A stretch of 54,496 nucleotides of DNA, from positions 1 through 54,496 of the IMG/VR virus record IMGVR_UViG_3300020201_000027; one strand, written 5' to 3'. The stretch comes from a virus. Taxonomy: Duplodnaviria; Caudoviricetes. A model generated the notes under the pieces. It was not told where the DNA came from. It saw only the letters and a program-made list of their open reading frames with translations, and did not search any database. Below, piece after piece: positions 15,492 through 24,308 of this stretch (its first letter is position 1; every line of letters begins with the position of its first letter). The translations under genes and the position numbers were made by a program.

Positions 15492-16559
15492 ATGGCTGGA
15501 ACGATCAACCGTTTGGAGATTTTTGCCGCAGGAACGTGGTCTCCCGCCAATGGCGGAAAGATCACAGTGGCAGAAAGTGATCTTGATGAGATGGTTGCTC
15601 ACTTCTCTGAGCTGAGCGGATCAAACATTGTTAAGCCTCACCTGAAGCTCGGACACGGTGATGCTCAGCGTTGGTTCGGCCAAAAGACTGGCATCCCAAC
15701 TCTGGGATGGGTTGACAATGTTTGGCGCGAAGGGCAGAAGCTGTTCGCGAATATTGTGGATGTGCCTGAGGCGCTTCTGGATATGATTCGCCAACGTCGA
15801 TACCACAATGTCTCGGTCGAAGTTTTCAGGCCAGGTGAAGTTGAGTTCAATGGCAGGAAGCTCGGGCATGTGCTCTCTGCCATTGCTATCTTGGGCACTG
15901 AAATGCCAGCGGTCACAGACCTGGCAGGATTGGCCAGCGCCCTGTTTGCGTCGCAATTCTCATCTGGCCTAGCCCAAAAGCCTACTGAGTTCACCGCTGA
16001 GAAGGATCGCCCAGCAATGTTCACCCAGCCACAGGTTGATGCCCTCATTGACGCTGCGGTCCACGCAGCCGCTGGTGTCGCATCTGCCAAATTCGCCTCA
16101 GCCGTTGATGCCCATCGGGTTGAGCTCCAGGTGATGACGGCTCGCGCCGACACGGCTGAGCGCGCGCTGGCTGTCAATGCAGCGGAGTTCGCCCAGCGCG
16201 AGGCTGCCACCATTGTCGATCAAGCCATCAAGGATGGCAAGCTCATGCCCGCGCAGAAGGACATGGCCCTGGCCTTCATGGGCAGCATCTCCGGCAAGAT
16301 CAGCTTTGGCGGAACCGAGAAGCCGGCCAAGGTTCTGTTCAGCGAGTTCATCGCCAGCTTTGGCAAGCAGGTGTCGCTCGGGGAATTTGGCTCAGGTAAG
16401 AGCAATACTGAATTCGCCAATGCTGCGGCAGAGGTGGATTATCTCGTGAAGCAGCGCATGTCCGATGACAAGTCCGGCAAGACGGACTATTCAATGGCGT
16501 TTGCTGCGGTCCGCTATGAAAATCCAACCCTCATGTCCCGCTACGCTGCGGGGGAGTAA
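15492..16559 (+). CDS. Mu-like prohead protease/scaffold
   Basis: EIFAAGTW, LKLGH, GWV, YHNVSVE, PAV..L; helical C-terminal scaffold with GKLMPAQK. Confidence 0.85.
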   Translation: MAGTINRLEIFAAGTWSPANGGKITVAESDLDEMVAHFSELSGSNIVKPHLKLGHGDAQRWFGQKTGIPTLGWVDNVWREGQKLFANIVDVPEALLDMIRQRRYHNVSVEVFRPGEVEFNGRKLGHVLSAIAILGTEMPAVTDLAGLASALFASQFSSGLAQKPTEFTAEKDRPAMFTQPQVDALIDAAVHAAAGVASAKFASAVDAHRVELQVMTARADTAERALAVNAAEFAQREAATIVDQAIKDGKLMPAQKDMALAFMGSISGKISFGGTEKPAKVLFSEFIASFGKQVSLGEFGSGKSNTEFANAAAEVDYLVKQRMSDDKSGKTDYSMAFAAVRYENPTLMSRYAAGE

Positions 16560-16565
16560 ACACCA

Positions 16566-16991
16566 ATGTCATGGAATGAGGACTATCACGCACGTCCGAT
16601 GAAGGCGCTATACAGCTTTGACGGCCTTCAGGGCCGCGCTGCTGATTTCGCCACTTCAGAGGACAATGCCATCACGGCAGCCGCTGGCGGCACGGGATAT
16701 GGCATCGTGATGAATGATCCGCGCACTGGCGAGCACGCCACTGTCGCCGTTCGTGGCGTGGTCCGTGCTCGGGCTGCTGCCTCCATCACTCGTGGCGCAT
16801 TCATCACCGTGGCAGTGTCCGCTACCGGCGGCCCAGGATGGCTTCGCTCTGTGGTGTCAGGAGACACTGCGCCGATGACCATAATGGGCCGCGCAATGAG
16901 CTCAGTCGCCAGCGGATCGCTCTTTGCCCTGGAACTGAATGTGCAACGCGCGTTTGTTGCCGGCTCGGGCAACACCCTGCTGGCTGTGTAA
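16566..16991 (+). CDS. Capsid cement/decoration protein (DUF2190-like)
   Basis: Gly/Ala-rich; GIVMNDP..GE.ATV...G pattern; sits between protease and capsid. Confidence 0.7.
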   Translation: MSWNEDYHARPMKALYSFDGLQGRAADFATSEDNAITAAAGGTGYGIVMNDPRTGEHATVAVRGVVRARAAASITRGAFITVAVSATGGPGWLRSVVSGDTAPMTIMGRAMSSVASGSLFALELNVQRAFVAGSGNTLLAV

Positions 16992-17004
16992 AGGAGAATT
17001 TCGT

Positions 17005-17961
17005 ATGCCCACCGGCGGTCGCGGCCTTCACGTTGATGTGCCTCTTTCAAACATCCTGATCAATCGTCGGGTGTCGGGGTTCATCGCTGACCAATTCATC
17101 CCTGTGACGCCGGTCAGCAAGCAGTCTGATCTGTATTACAAATTCTACCACGGTGAGTGGGCCCGCGTTCAGCCGGGTCTGACCCTTCGTGCGCCTCGCA
17201 CCATCCCCAAGAAGGTGCACTTCAGCGTGTCGTCTGACAACTATTATGCCCCAAACTATGCGCTGGGGACAGACTGGTCGGCAGAGGACTCAGTGAATGC
17301 TGACAGCATTCTGAACTGGGCAAATGCCCACAGCGGCCTTCTGATGGATCGCCTGATGCTGGACTATGAGTGGCGCATCGCCAATCTCGCCATCAACAGC
17401 AGCAACGTGAATACCGTCACTCAGGTGGGCTGCGCCTGGACGCTGGGCAATGCGCCCATTGTGACCCAGATGCTGAGCTATGTGGAGGACTTCCGGCGAT
17501 TGACCGGCATGCTCCCGAATACGCTTGTCATCCCTCAGGCAATCCGTCGCCACCTCATCACCAACTCCCAGATTTGCGGGATGCTGTTTGGTGACCGCGG
17601 CGGCATCGCCAGCGAGCAACAGTTGGCTGCCCTTCTCAACATTGAGAAGGTGCTGATGCCAACAATCCAGGTCAACACCTTTGGCGAGCAAGAGACGCTG
17701 AACGGAAGTTGGTCCTATACCGATGTCTGGGGCGGCGACAGCATCTGGATGTCCCACACCAAGACCCTTGCTGGCATGGAAACCGATACCTGGATCAATG
17801 CCTTCCGCTGGACCGATCCTGAGCTGGGCGTGCCGATGGCGGTGGAGCGTCTGCCATATGATCCGCGCCGCAAGTCCTATGACATGCAGGTGGGATACTA
17901 CCAGGGCGAGAAGGTCGTGTCGAAAGACTTGGCCATGCGGATCATCGTCACCAGCGCATAA
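17005..17961 (+). CDS. Major capsid protein
   Basis: AAGGAG RBS; VDVPLSNI...FIADQFIPVTPVSKQS...PNTLVI; position. Confidence 0.85.
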   Translation: MPTGGRGLHVDVPLSNILINRRVSGFIADQFIPVTPVSKQSDLYYKFYHGEWARVQPGLTLRAPRTIPKKVHFSVSSDNYYAPNYALGTDWSAEDSVNADSILNWANAHSGLLMDRLMLDYEWRIANLAINSSNVNTVTQVGCAWTLGNAPIVTQMLSYVEDFRRLTGMLPNTLVIPQAIRRHLITNSQICGMLFGDRGGIASEQQLAALLNIEKVLMPTIQVNTFGEQETLNGSWSYTDVWGGDSIWMSHTKTLAGMETDTWINAFRWTDPELGVPMAVERLPYDPRRKSYDMQVGYYQGEKVVSKDLAMRIIVTSA

Positions 17962-18092
17962 CAAACTCACATCCAGAGGGGGCACACTCTGGATGTGATC
18001 TACTTCTCAGCTGCAAAGTTGAGAACCTTGACGGCGTTTGACGCCTAGTGCCCTGGGCGTTAAGCGCCGTCATTGCACAAGGGCACAATACA

Positions 18093-20984
18093 ATGGAAAT
18101 CATCATTGCTTCTCCTGGGATGAAATTCGGTCCAGCAACGCTGGATCACAAATCTCTTGGCGGAAGCGAAACAGCAGCACTATCTCTCGCCAAGGCCCTC
18201 AAGACCAGGGGTCACATGGTGACGATGTTCTGTGACCTTCCTGCCCCTGGCCAACCAGATTATATTCAATCTGGCGCCATTGGCGATGATGGCGTCAGAT
18301 ATCTGAGCTTGGATGGGTATCAGCCATTCATTACGACGACTGAAGTGGATTTGCTGATCGCGTCACGGTCTGCGGAGCTTCTCCACCTCAATCACCAGGC
18401 CCGGTATGCTGTCTTGTGGACGCATGATCTGGCAACGATCAAAGGCACCATGCCGACCCTCCAGGGCTCTGGCTGGAACTTCAATGAAATCTGGTGCGTA
18501 TCTGATTGGCATCGTCGGCAGTATGCCGAGGTCACGGGATATCCCATTGACTTCATCAAGGTGCTGCAGAATGGCGTCAACGAATATTCTACGTGCACCA
18601 CCAGGCGCGATCCAAATACTCTGCTGTATGCTGCGCGCCCAGAGCGCGGCCTGGAGGCTCTGGTCCGTCCTGGCGGCATCATGGACTATCTCGGCGGAGA
18701 CTGGAAGCTGGAAGTCTGCATGTATGACAACCATCCTCCCCATATGAAGAGCTACTACAGTTGGCTGTTCTCCATGTGCGATCATAACCCGCGCGTCAAA
18801 TTCATTGGGTCGCTTCGTCAGGACCAACTTCGTGATCGGATGAATTCTGTCGGCGCATATGTCTATCCAACCGCCTTTGAAGAGACCAGCTGCATCATGG
18901 CCCAGGAGGCCATGTCCGTTGGAACGCCATTCATCACCACCCGCGAAGGCGCTCTGCCTGAGACGTTGGGAGGCTATGGCAATTTCTATGATGGGACAGC
19001 TTGTTGGAATTCTGATGAGTTCTGCAAAGAGTTTGCATCGCTGATCTCTGAAAGCATTTTTGGTGATAGCACCGCCGCGCAACAGCCTCAGCATCACCTG
19101 TGGGAAGAGATAGCCGGGCGGGTGGAGACGCTGTTTAACAATCTCTCTAGCGCCCCGCAATCGCTGTTCTCGCGCCTCTGGGGGCTGGTTGAGACCAGTG
19201 ATGTCATCCCTGCTATCTCTCTGTGGCAGCACACAAAAGACAAAGAACAGCACCCTTGGGCATCCCGCCTCATGGCGCGCGTGGAGGTGCTGTATCCCTA
19301 TCTCTTTGGTCGTGAGACATTTGCGGAATACTATGAACGCTATTTCGTGAATGAAGATTTCAAGGGCGCTCGCGTGCGCCGATCCCAAATTGGCAGCCAG
19401 CGGTTTGAACAGATCGCTGATGAGATCGCCAAACTGCCTGCCGGGTCTAGCGTCATGGACTATGGTTGCGCTGAGGGCGTGATCATTCTTGATCTTGCGG
19501 CCCGGTTCCCTGACAAGTCGTTCATGGGCGTGGACTTTGCACAGAGCAACGTTGAGCTCTGTCGTAAATATGCCATTGATCTGGGTCTAACCAATGCACT
19601 ATTCTGCGTCGGCAATACAGAGAGCTTCCTGCCCAAGCCGCAGAAAATATATGATGCGGTGATCTGCACCGAAGTGCTTGAGCACGTCCTCAAGCCGTGG
19701 ACAGTCGTCTCCATACTTGAGGACAATGTGCGTATCGGCGGCAGAGTGATCATCACTGTGCCGATGGGCAACTGGGAGGCGATTGGGCTATACAACAAGA
19801 CTCAATATTGGTGGCGAGCCCATATCTGGAGCATTGACAAGTGGATGCTCCGTGAAATGTTTGCTGACAAGGAAGGCGCTCGAATGCTGGCTATGCCGCA
19901 TGGCGCAACGCATGAAGGTCGCTCTCTTGGCCATCTTTTGTTCTGCTATGATGCAGACCGCAATCCGGCCCATCCCATCAAGGCAATGGATAAAGCAAAC
20001 CGTCTGCGATCTGTCCAGACTGCCACGGCGTGCATCATCACCAACCAATATGAGAGCTTGGCCAAGACGCTGAACAGTCTGAGCCGCAATGTCCAATGCG
20101 TCAATGTCTGCATCCAACCCTCTGAATGCTACTCAATCATCTGCACAATCCTGGAAGACTACAAGATTGCCAATCCATGGATTGATTTGGAATATTCCCT
20201 GGCCCCACACATTCGCGTCGGTCACTATGGGTTCGATGATGCCAGGAATGACAGCACCAAGGATGTGGAGACGGATTGGGTGCTGTGGATCGACAGCGAT
20301 GAATATCTCTCTGGTGATCTTCCGCGATATCTCAGGCCGAATGCATTTGATGCATACTCCATCCATCAGCACCATTTCACGGTTGATCCCCGTGGAGCGC
20401 CAGCGATGCTTGATAAGCCTGCGCGTCTATTCCGCACCGACCGCGGATTCAAATTCTATGGCAAGGTCCACGAGCACGCTGAAAAGGGCATAAATGGCGG
20501 GCCAGGGTTCTGCATGATCCTGGCAGATGTGGATATTGGCCACACTGGCTATGTGAATGAGTCTGTGCGTCGCGCTCGATTTGACCGCAACTTCCCGCTC
20601 CTGGAATGGGATCACCGTGTCAACCCTGAGCGTCGCCTGGGCAAGTTTCTTTGGCTACGGGACATTCTGCACCGTATGCGGTATTCCATTGACAAGCGTT
20701 CTCCAGTCGATGCCAAGCTTCTTGCTGAAGAGGCAGTGGCATACTACAAGGAGCACTGGCAGGGCGACATGATTCCTGGTATGGGAGGCGAGAACGCATA
20801 CCATTATTACAGCGAGGCAATCCAACATCTCGGGCGCGGACAGAGCGTCACGCTTTCATTCAAGATTGATGATGATGTGATTGATGTGAGCGGCGCATTT
20901 GAGAGTGCTGATGACTTGGCTGATGCCGTCCGATCTGCCGCCAAAGGACGCTTTGTGAAACTGGCCAGCAAATATCTCAGGTGA
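18093..20984 (+). CDS. Glycosyltransferase (GT-B) / SAM methyltransferase / glycosyltransferase (GT-A) fusion
   Basis: LGGSET and YPTAFEETSCIMAQEA (GT4-like); DYGCAEG and YDAVICTEVLEHV (class I MTase); FDDARN, WVLWIDSDE, RLFR...GKVHE, HTGY (GT2-like). Confidence 0.88.
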   Translation: MEIIIASPGMKFGPATLDHKSLGGSETAALSLAKALKTRGHMVTMFCDLPAPGQPDYIQSGAIGDDGVRYLSLDGYQPFITTTEVDLLIASRSAELLHLNHQARYAVLWTHDLATIKGTMPTLQGSGWNFNEIWCVSDWHRRQYAEVTGYPIDFIKVLQNGVNEYSTCTTRRDPNTLLYAARPERGLEALVRPGGIMDYLGGDWKLEVCMYDNHPPHMKSYYSWLFSMCDHNPRVKFIGSLRQDQLRDRMNSVGAYVYPTAFEETSCIMAQEAMSVGTPFITTREGALPETLGGYGNFYDGTACWNSDEFCKEFASLISESIFGDSTAAQQPQHHLWEEIAGRVETLFNNLSSAPQSLFSRLWGLVETSDVIPAISLWQHTKDKEQHPWASRLMARVEVLYPYLFGRETFAEYYERYFVNEDFKGARVRRSQIGSQRFEQIADEIAKLPAGSSVMDYGCAEGVIILDLAARFPDKSFMGVDFAQSNVELCRKYAIDLGLTNALFCVGNTESFLPKPQKIYDAVICTEVLEHVLKPWTVVSILEDNVRIGGRVIITVPMGNWEAIGLYNKTQYWWRAHIWSIDKWMLREMFADKEGARMLAMPHGATHEGRSLGHLLFCYDADRNPAHPIKAMDKANRLRSVQTATACIITNQYESLAKTLNSLSRNVQCVNVCIQPSECYSIICTILEDYKIANPWIDLEYSLAPHIRVGHYGFDDARNDSTKDVETDWVLWIDSDEYLSGDLPRYLRPNAFDAYSIHQHHFTVDPRGAPAMLDKPARLFRTDRGFKFYGKVHEHAEKGINGGPGFCMILADVDIGHTGYVNESVRRARFDRNFPLLEWDHRVNPERRLGKFLWLRDILHRMRYSIDKRSPVDAKLLAEEAVAYYKEHWQGDMIPGMGGENAYHYYSEAIQHLGRGQSVTLSFKIDDDVIDVSGAFESADDLADAVRSAAKGRFVKLASKYLR

Positions 20985-20987
20985 TCC

Positions 20988-21479
20988 ATGCCATACGCTG
21001 ACATCTCTGACATTTTGGCGCGCTATCGTCCGCTGACCACAATGGTCGGATCAGGTCAATATGATGTGTCGTCAGTTGAGGTCAGCTCAATCTTCCTCAG
21101 AGATGCTGAGTCATATATTGATGCGAGACTGGCGGTGCGATACATTGTGCCGTTGACCTCAGCCAACCCACTTATCACTCGGATTGCCTGCGATCTTGCC
21201 ACGCACGAAATGTTGGCAGAGAAGATGCCAAGCGTCCCAGAATTTATGGAGATAAGATTCAGGCGAGCCAATGACATGCTTGACCAACTCATCAAGGGTG
21301 ATCTGCGCCTAAGTTCTGAATCTCTGGTTGGCAGTTCCGGCAACAGCTTTGCTTGGTCGTCCACCATGGGCCACCACCCGATCTTTGCCCCGGTTATCAA
21401 TGAATTGGATCAAGCTCCTGCCTCTACAAGAGTTCAAGAAGAGTTGCTGGCTCGCCGTAACGAAGACAATTTTCCATGA
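20988..21479 (+). CDS. Head-tail adaptor (Mu gp36/DUF1320-like)
   Basis: MPYA...A.SYIDARLAVRY.VPL...IACDLA pattern. Confidence 0.8.
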   Translation: MPYADISDILARYRPLTTMVGSGQYDVSSVEVSSIFLRDAESYIDARLAVRYIVPLTSANPLITRIACDLATHEMLAEKMPSVPEFMEIRFRRANDMLDQLIKGDLRLSSESLVGSSGNSFAWSSTMGHHPIFAPVINELDQAPASTRVQEELLARRNEDNFP

Positions 21480-22051
21480 TCACAATCAAATTTGGTGACC
21501 GGGGGATTGCTGCGGCTCTGAAAGAAATTCAGGAGCAAGTCACCGACCGCATGGAGCTGATGGACAAAGCCGGTCGCACAATTCGAGACTACGCGCGCGA
21601 GACCGTCATAATGCAAGGTCGCCGCAAGCCGTATCCTCCTATGACGCGGAGCAGCAAGCAGACTTCCGGCAGAAACAAGCTGTTCTCTGGTGTGCCGAGA
21701 GACATCATCCACGTCGCTCACAATGATCGCTTTATTGTTTATTTCAATAGAGTGACTGTTGGCTGGAGCCTTGAGATGCACACCAAGGGCATCAACATTC
21801 CTTCTTCTCGCGGCATCACAATGATGATACCAAATGGCCTAGGCAAAGCGAGAAGCTCACAAGGTCAATTCCTTGGCGGAAGCTTGGGCCCAAAATTCTT
21901 TCGTTTCCGACGTGCATACAAAATTCCTGCCCGAGAGATTTGGCCAAGCCGTCCTGAGGTCATTCACCAAATCAATGAAGTTTTACGCCAATGGCTTGCG
22001 GACCTCAAGCGCGCAGTCCATACAAAGTATAAGCAGAATGGAGGAACGTGA
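21476..22051 (+). CDS. Virion morphogenesis / neck protein (Mu gpG-like)
   Basis: Basic protein with KIPAREI motif; position. Confidence 0.6.
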   Translation: MITIKFGDRGIAAALKEIQEQVTDRMELMDKAGRTIRDYARETVIMQGRRKPYPPMTRSSKQTSGRNKLFSGVPRDIIHVAHNDRFIVYFNRVTVGWSLEMHTKGINIPSSRGITMMIPNGLGKARSSQGQFLGGSLGPKFFRFRRAYKIPAREIWPSRPEVIHQINEVLRQWLADLKRAVHTKYKQNGGT

Positions 22052-22509
22052 TGTCGCGCATCAGCATTGATCTGGTTCACCAGGCCATGGTTGATTTGAT
22101 CGCTGGCAGCGCTGCTATTATTGCTCTGGGATTTAAGGCCAACCACATCTTTTATGAGGGCGATGAGCTAGAAGTGGGGAACATTGCTCATATGCCGCTC
22201 ATCAATGTTCGACTCATTATGTCAGAAGAAGATGTTACCAGCATACCGAACGGGACGTATGAGAAAATAACATTTTCTGTCGACGTGTTCGTATTCGACT
22301 TTACTTCTTTTCGATCAGCCGCTAAACTACGTGCTGCTGCTCTGAGCGCTCTGAAAATTCTCTTGAGCGAAAATCGCCAATTCCAAGCATCGCTACAAAC
22401 ATCAAGCGTAGCACTGCAAACAGGATTTGGCCAAGGGACTGTTGACGGGCAAAGAGGCCACATAGCCGTCGCAACTGTGCAGATCGTCTGCGAAGCCTAC
22501 AACGATTGA
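22048..22509 (+). CDS. Putative tail terminator
   Basis: Size and position before the tail tube gene. Confidence 0.55.
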   Translation: MMSRISIDLVHQAMVDLIAGSAAIIALGFKANHIFYEGDELEVGNIAHMPLINVRLIMSEEDVTSIPNGTYEKITFSVDVFVFDFTSFRSAAKLRAAALSALKILLSENRQFQASLQTSSVALQTGFGQGTVDGQRGHIAVATVQIVCEAYND

Positions 22510-22521
22510 TGGAGTTGTAAA

Positions 22522-23607
22522 ATGGCAAATGGCACCGGCGGACAAATGGCGGTGATGGCAGTAACCAGCCTCAATCACTCGGTCACTTCCAGTGAGCTGT
22601 CAGTGAATGCTCGCTGGACCAATTTCGTGTCAGAAGATATCTCGCACTCCATCGAGCCTTTGATGGAAAGTGCCATCACTGGCAACCGCCATCGTCCACC
22701 AACGCACGAGGGTCTGTCCACAGCAGGAGGCAATATCCAGTTTGAGCCCAATCCAAATGCAATCGGCATGTTTATGCGATCTGCATTCGGCCAGTCCAGC
22801 GGAACGGTTCTGACGCAGGCTGGCAGCTGGGGAATTGGGTCTGCTTCTGCTCAATGGAGCGCCACCCGCGGAGTGGTCCGTCACACATTTCTGCCCAACC
22901 AGACTGAGTTCAGCACAGTCAGCTTTCTTCCGCCGATTGCGTTGATGGTCTACAAGGATGTGGGATCAGCCTTCTTGTTTGAAGGAACGGTTGTCCCTTC
23001 CATTGAGTTTCAAGTTGATGCAAAAATGCTGGTCAAATCCACAGTCAATGTTATGGTCCGCAACCCTACGCGCATCAGCCGCAGCACCTCCGTGGCCGCA
23101 CTTCGCAGCCCAGGTGGCGCGCCATGGGTGTGGGATATGGCCTCGATCCAGACTGGCCCTGGTCTCTCAAGTCTCTCAGCCAATGTGAATTTCGAGAGCC
23201 TGAGCATCAAATATAGCACCCCCATAGAGGGCGTTGTTCTGCTGGACGGGACCAAAAGAACCTCTGAATTCCTGGCCAATGGATATCAGAATGCAGAGTT
23301 TTCCGGCACCCTCAGTTTCCGGGATCACAACGATTATGATGCATTCGTTGCCTGGCAAGCCTTTGCGCTGCGAGTGACAATGTCCAACCGACGCGCGGAC
23401 ATGATCCTCGGCAATCCTGCCTCTGCCTTCTACTACACCATGGATATAATCTGTCCTTCTCTGAAGGTTCTCACCTGGACAGCCCCAGTTCGCGGACCCA
23501 ACCGACTCACCAACCAATTCACTGGTGTGGCCGAATTGGACGCTACCAGCAACTATGTCATTCAAATTGATTTGACAAATATCACTTCCAACTATCTGGG
23601 AGTGTGA
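22522..23607 (+). CDS. Major tail tube protein
   Basis: 361 aa, beta-rich, precedes chaperones and tape measure; no sheath gene seen. Confidence 0.75.
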   Translation: MANGTGGQMAVMAVTSLNHSVTSSELSVNARWTNFVSEDISHSIEPLMESAITGNRHRPPTHEGLSTAGGNIQFEPNPNAIGMFMRSAFGQSSGTVLTQAGSWGIGSASAQWSATRGVVRHTFLPNQTEFSTVSFLPPIALMVYKDVGSAFLFEGTVVPSIEFQVDAKMLVKSTVNVMVRNPTRISRSTSVAALRSPGGAPWVWDMASIQTGPGLSSLSANVNFESLSIKYSTPIEGVVLLDGTKRTSEFLANGYQNAEFSGTLSFRDHNDYDAFVAWQAFALRVTMSNRRADMILGNPASAFYYTMDIICPSLKVLTWTAPVRGPNRLTNQFTGVAELDATSNYVIQIDLTNITSNYLGV

Positions 23608-23670
23608 TATCAGGAGGATATCCTGAACAGGGCACAACGTCGCTTCACCAAATCTTCAAGGGCACAAAAA

Positions 23671-24051
23671 ATGAAAGTCAAGTTTTCTCGTTCAGTGGAA
23701 TACATCCCGGATTGGAATGGCAACAAGAGCCTTCCAGCAGAGGATCAAATCAGGTGCATCATCAAGCCAATGGTCCTGGGCGATCTTGTCATCTTGCTTG
23801 ATGTTCTTGGAGGCTCCAAAAGCGATGATGGCACAAACGTGGAGATGACTGCTGCGTCTGCCTCCAAAATGATCGAGGCAACGAAGGACATCCTTCCCAA
23901 GTATGTGACGGTGTCCGGGCTTGAGGATGATGACGGTCCCGTCAACACTCAGCAACTGACGATGTATGCCCAATACATGCCGCTGGCCTCTGAAATCATC
24001 ATGGCCTGCGCCAATATATCGTCTCCGTCAGAAACCACGGAGGGAAACTAG
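23671..24051 (+). CDS. Tail assembly chaperone (G-like)
   Basis: Ends in the slippery heptamer G GGA AAC just before TAG. Confidence 0.75.
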   Translation: MKVKFSRSVEYIPDWNGNKSLPAEDQIRCIIKPMVLGDLVILLDVLGGSKSDDGTNVEMTAASASKMIEATKDILPKYVTVSGLEDDDGPVNTQQLTMYAQYMPLASEIIMACANISSPSETTEGN

Positions 24052-24308
24052 AACGCGCTGCCAGAGTAGGGGGGGCAGGTCCATCTTTTGAATGGACCTA
24101 TCAAGTCCTTACTGAACAGCGCAAAACTGGATTTTACTTGGCTTGGTTTTTCCGTCTGTATCAGATTTCAGAGCACGGGTGGAAGCAAGTCCACACTGCA
24201 GATGGAAAGTCTATAAGCCAGCAAGATGCATACTTCTGGAGATGCCTAGAGATAGTCTGTAGGGTTCAGAACCAGATGTTCAGCGAAGAGCAAGCAAGGA
24301 ACCGCTGA
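24042..24308 (+). CDS. -1 frameshift extension of tail chaperone (GT-like)
   Basis: -1 frame open from GGGAAAC to TGA 24306-24308 (KLERAARVGG...EEQARNR*), overlapping the tape measure ATG. Confidence 0.75.
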   Translation, partial: GKLERAARVGGAGPSFEWTYQVLTEQRKTGFYLAWFFRLYQISEHGWKQVHTADGKSISQQDAYFWRCLEIVCRVQNQMFSEEQARNR

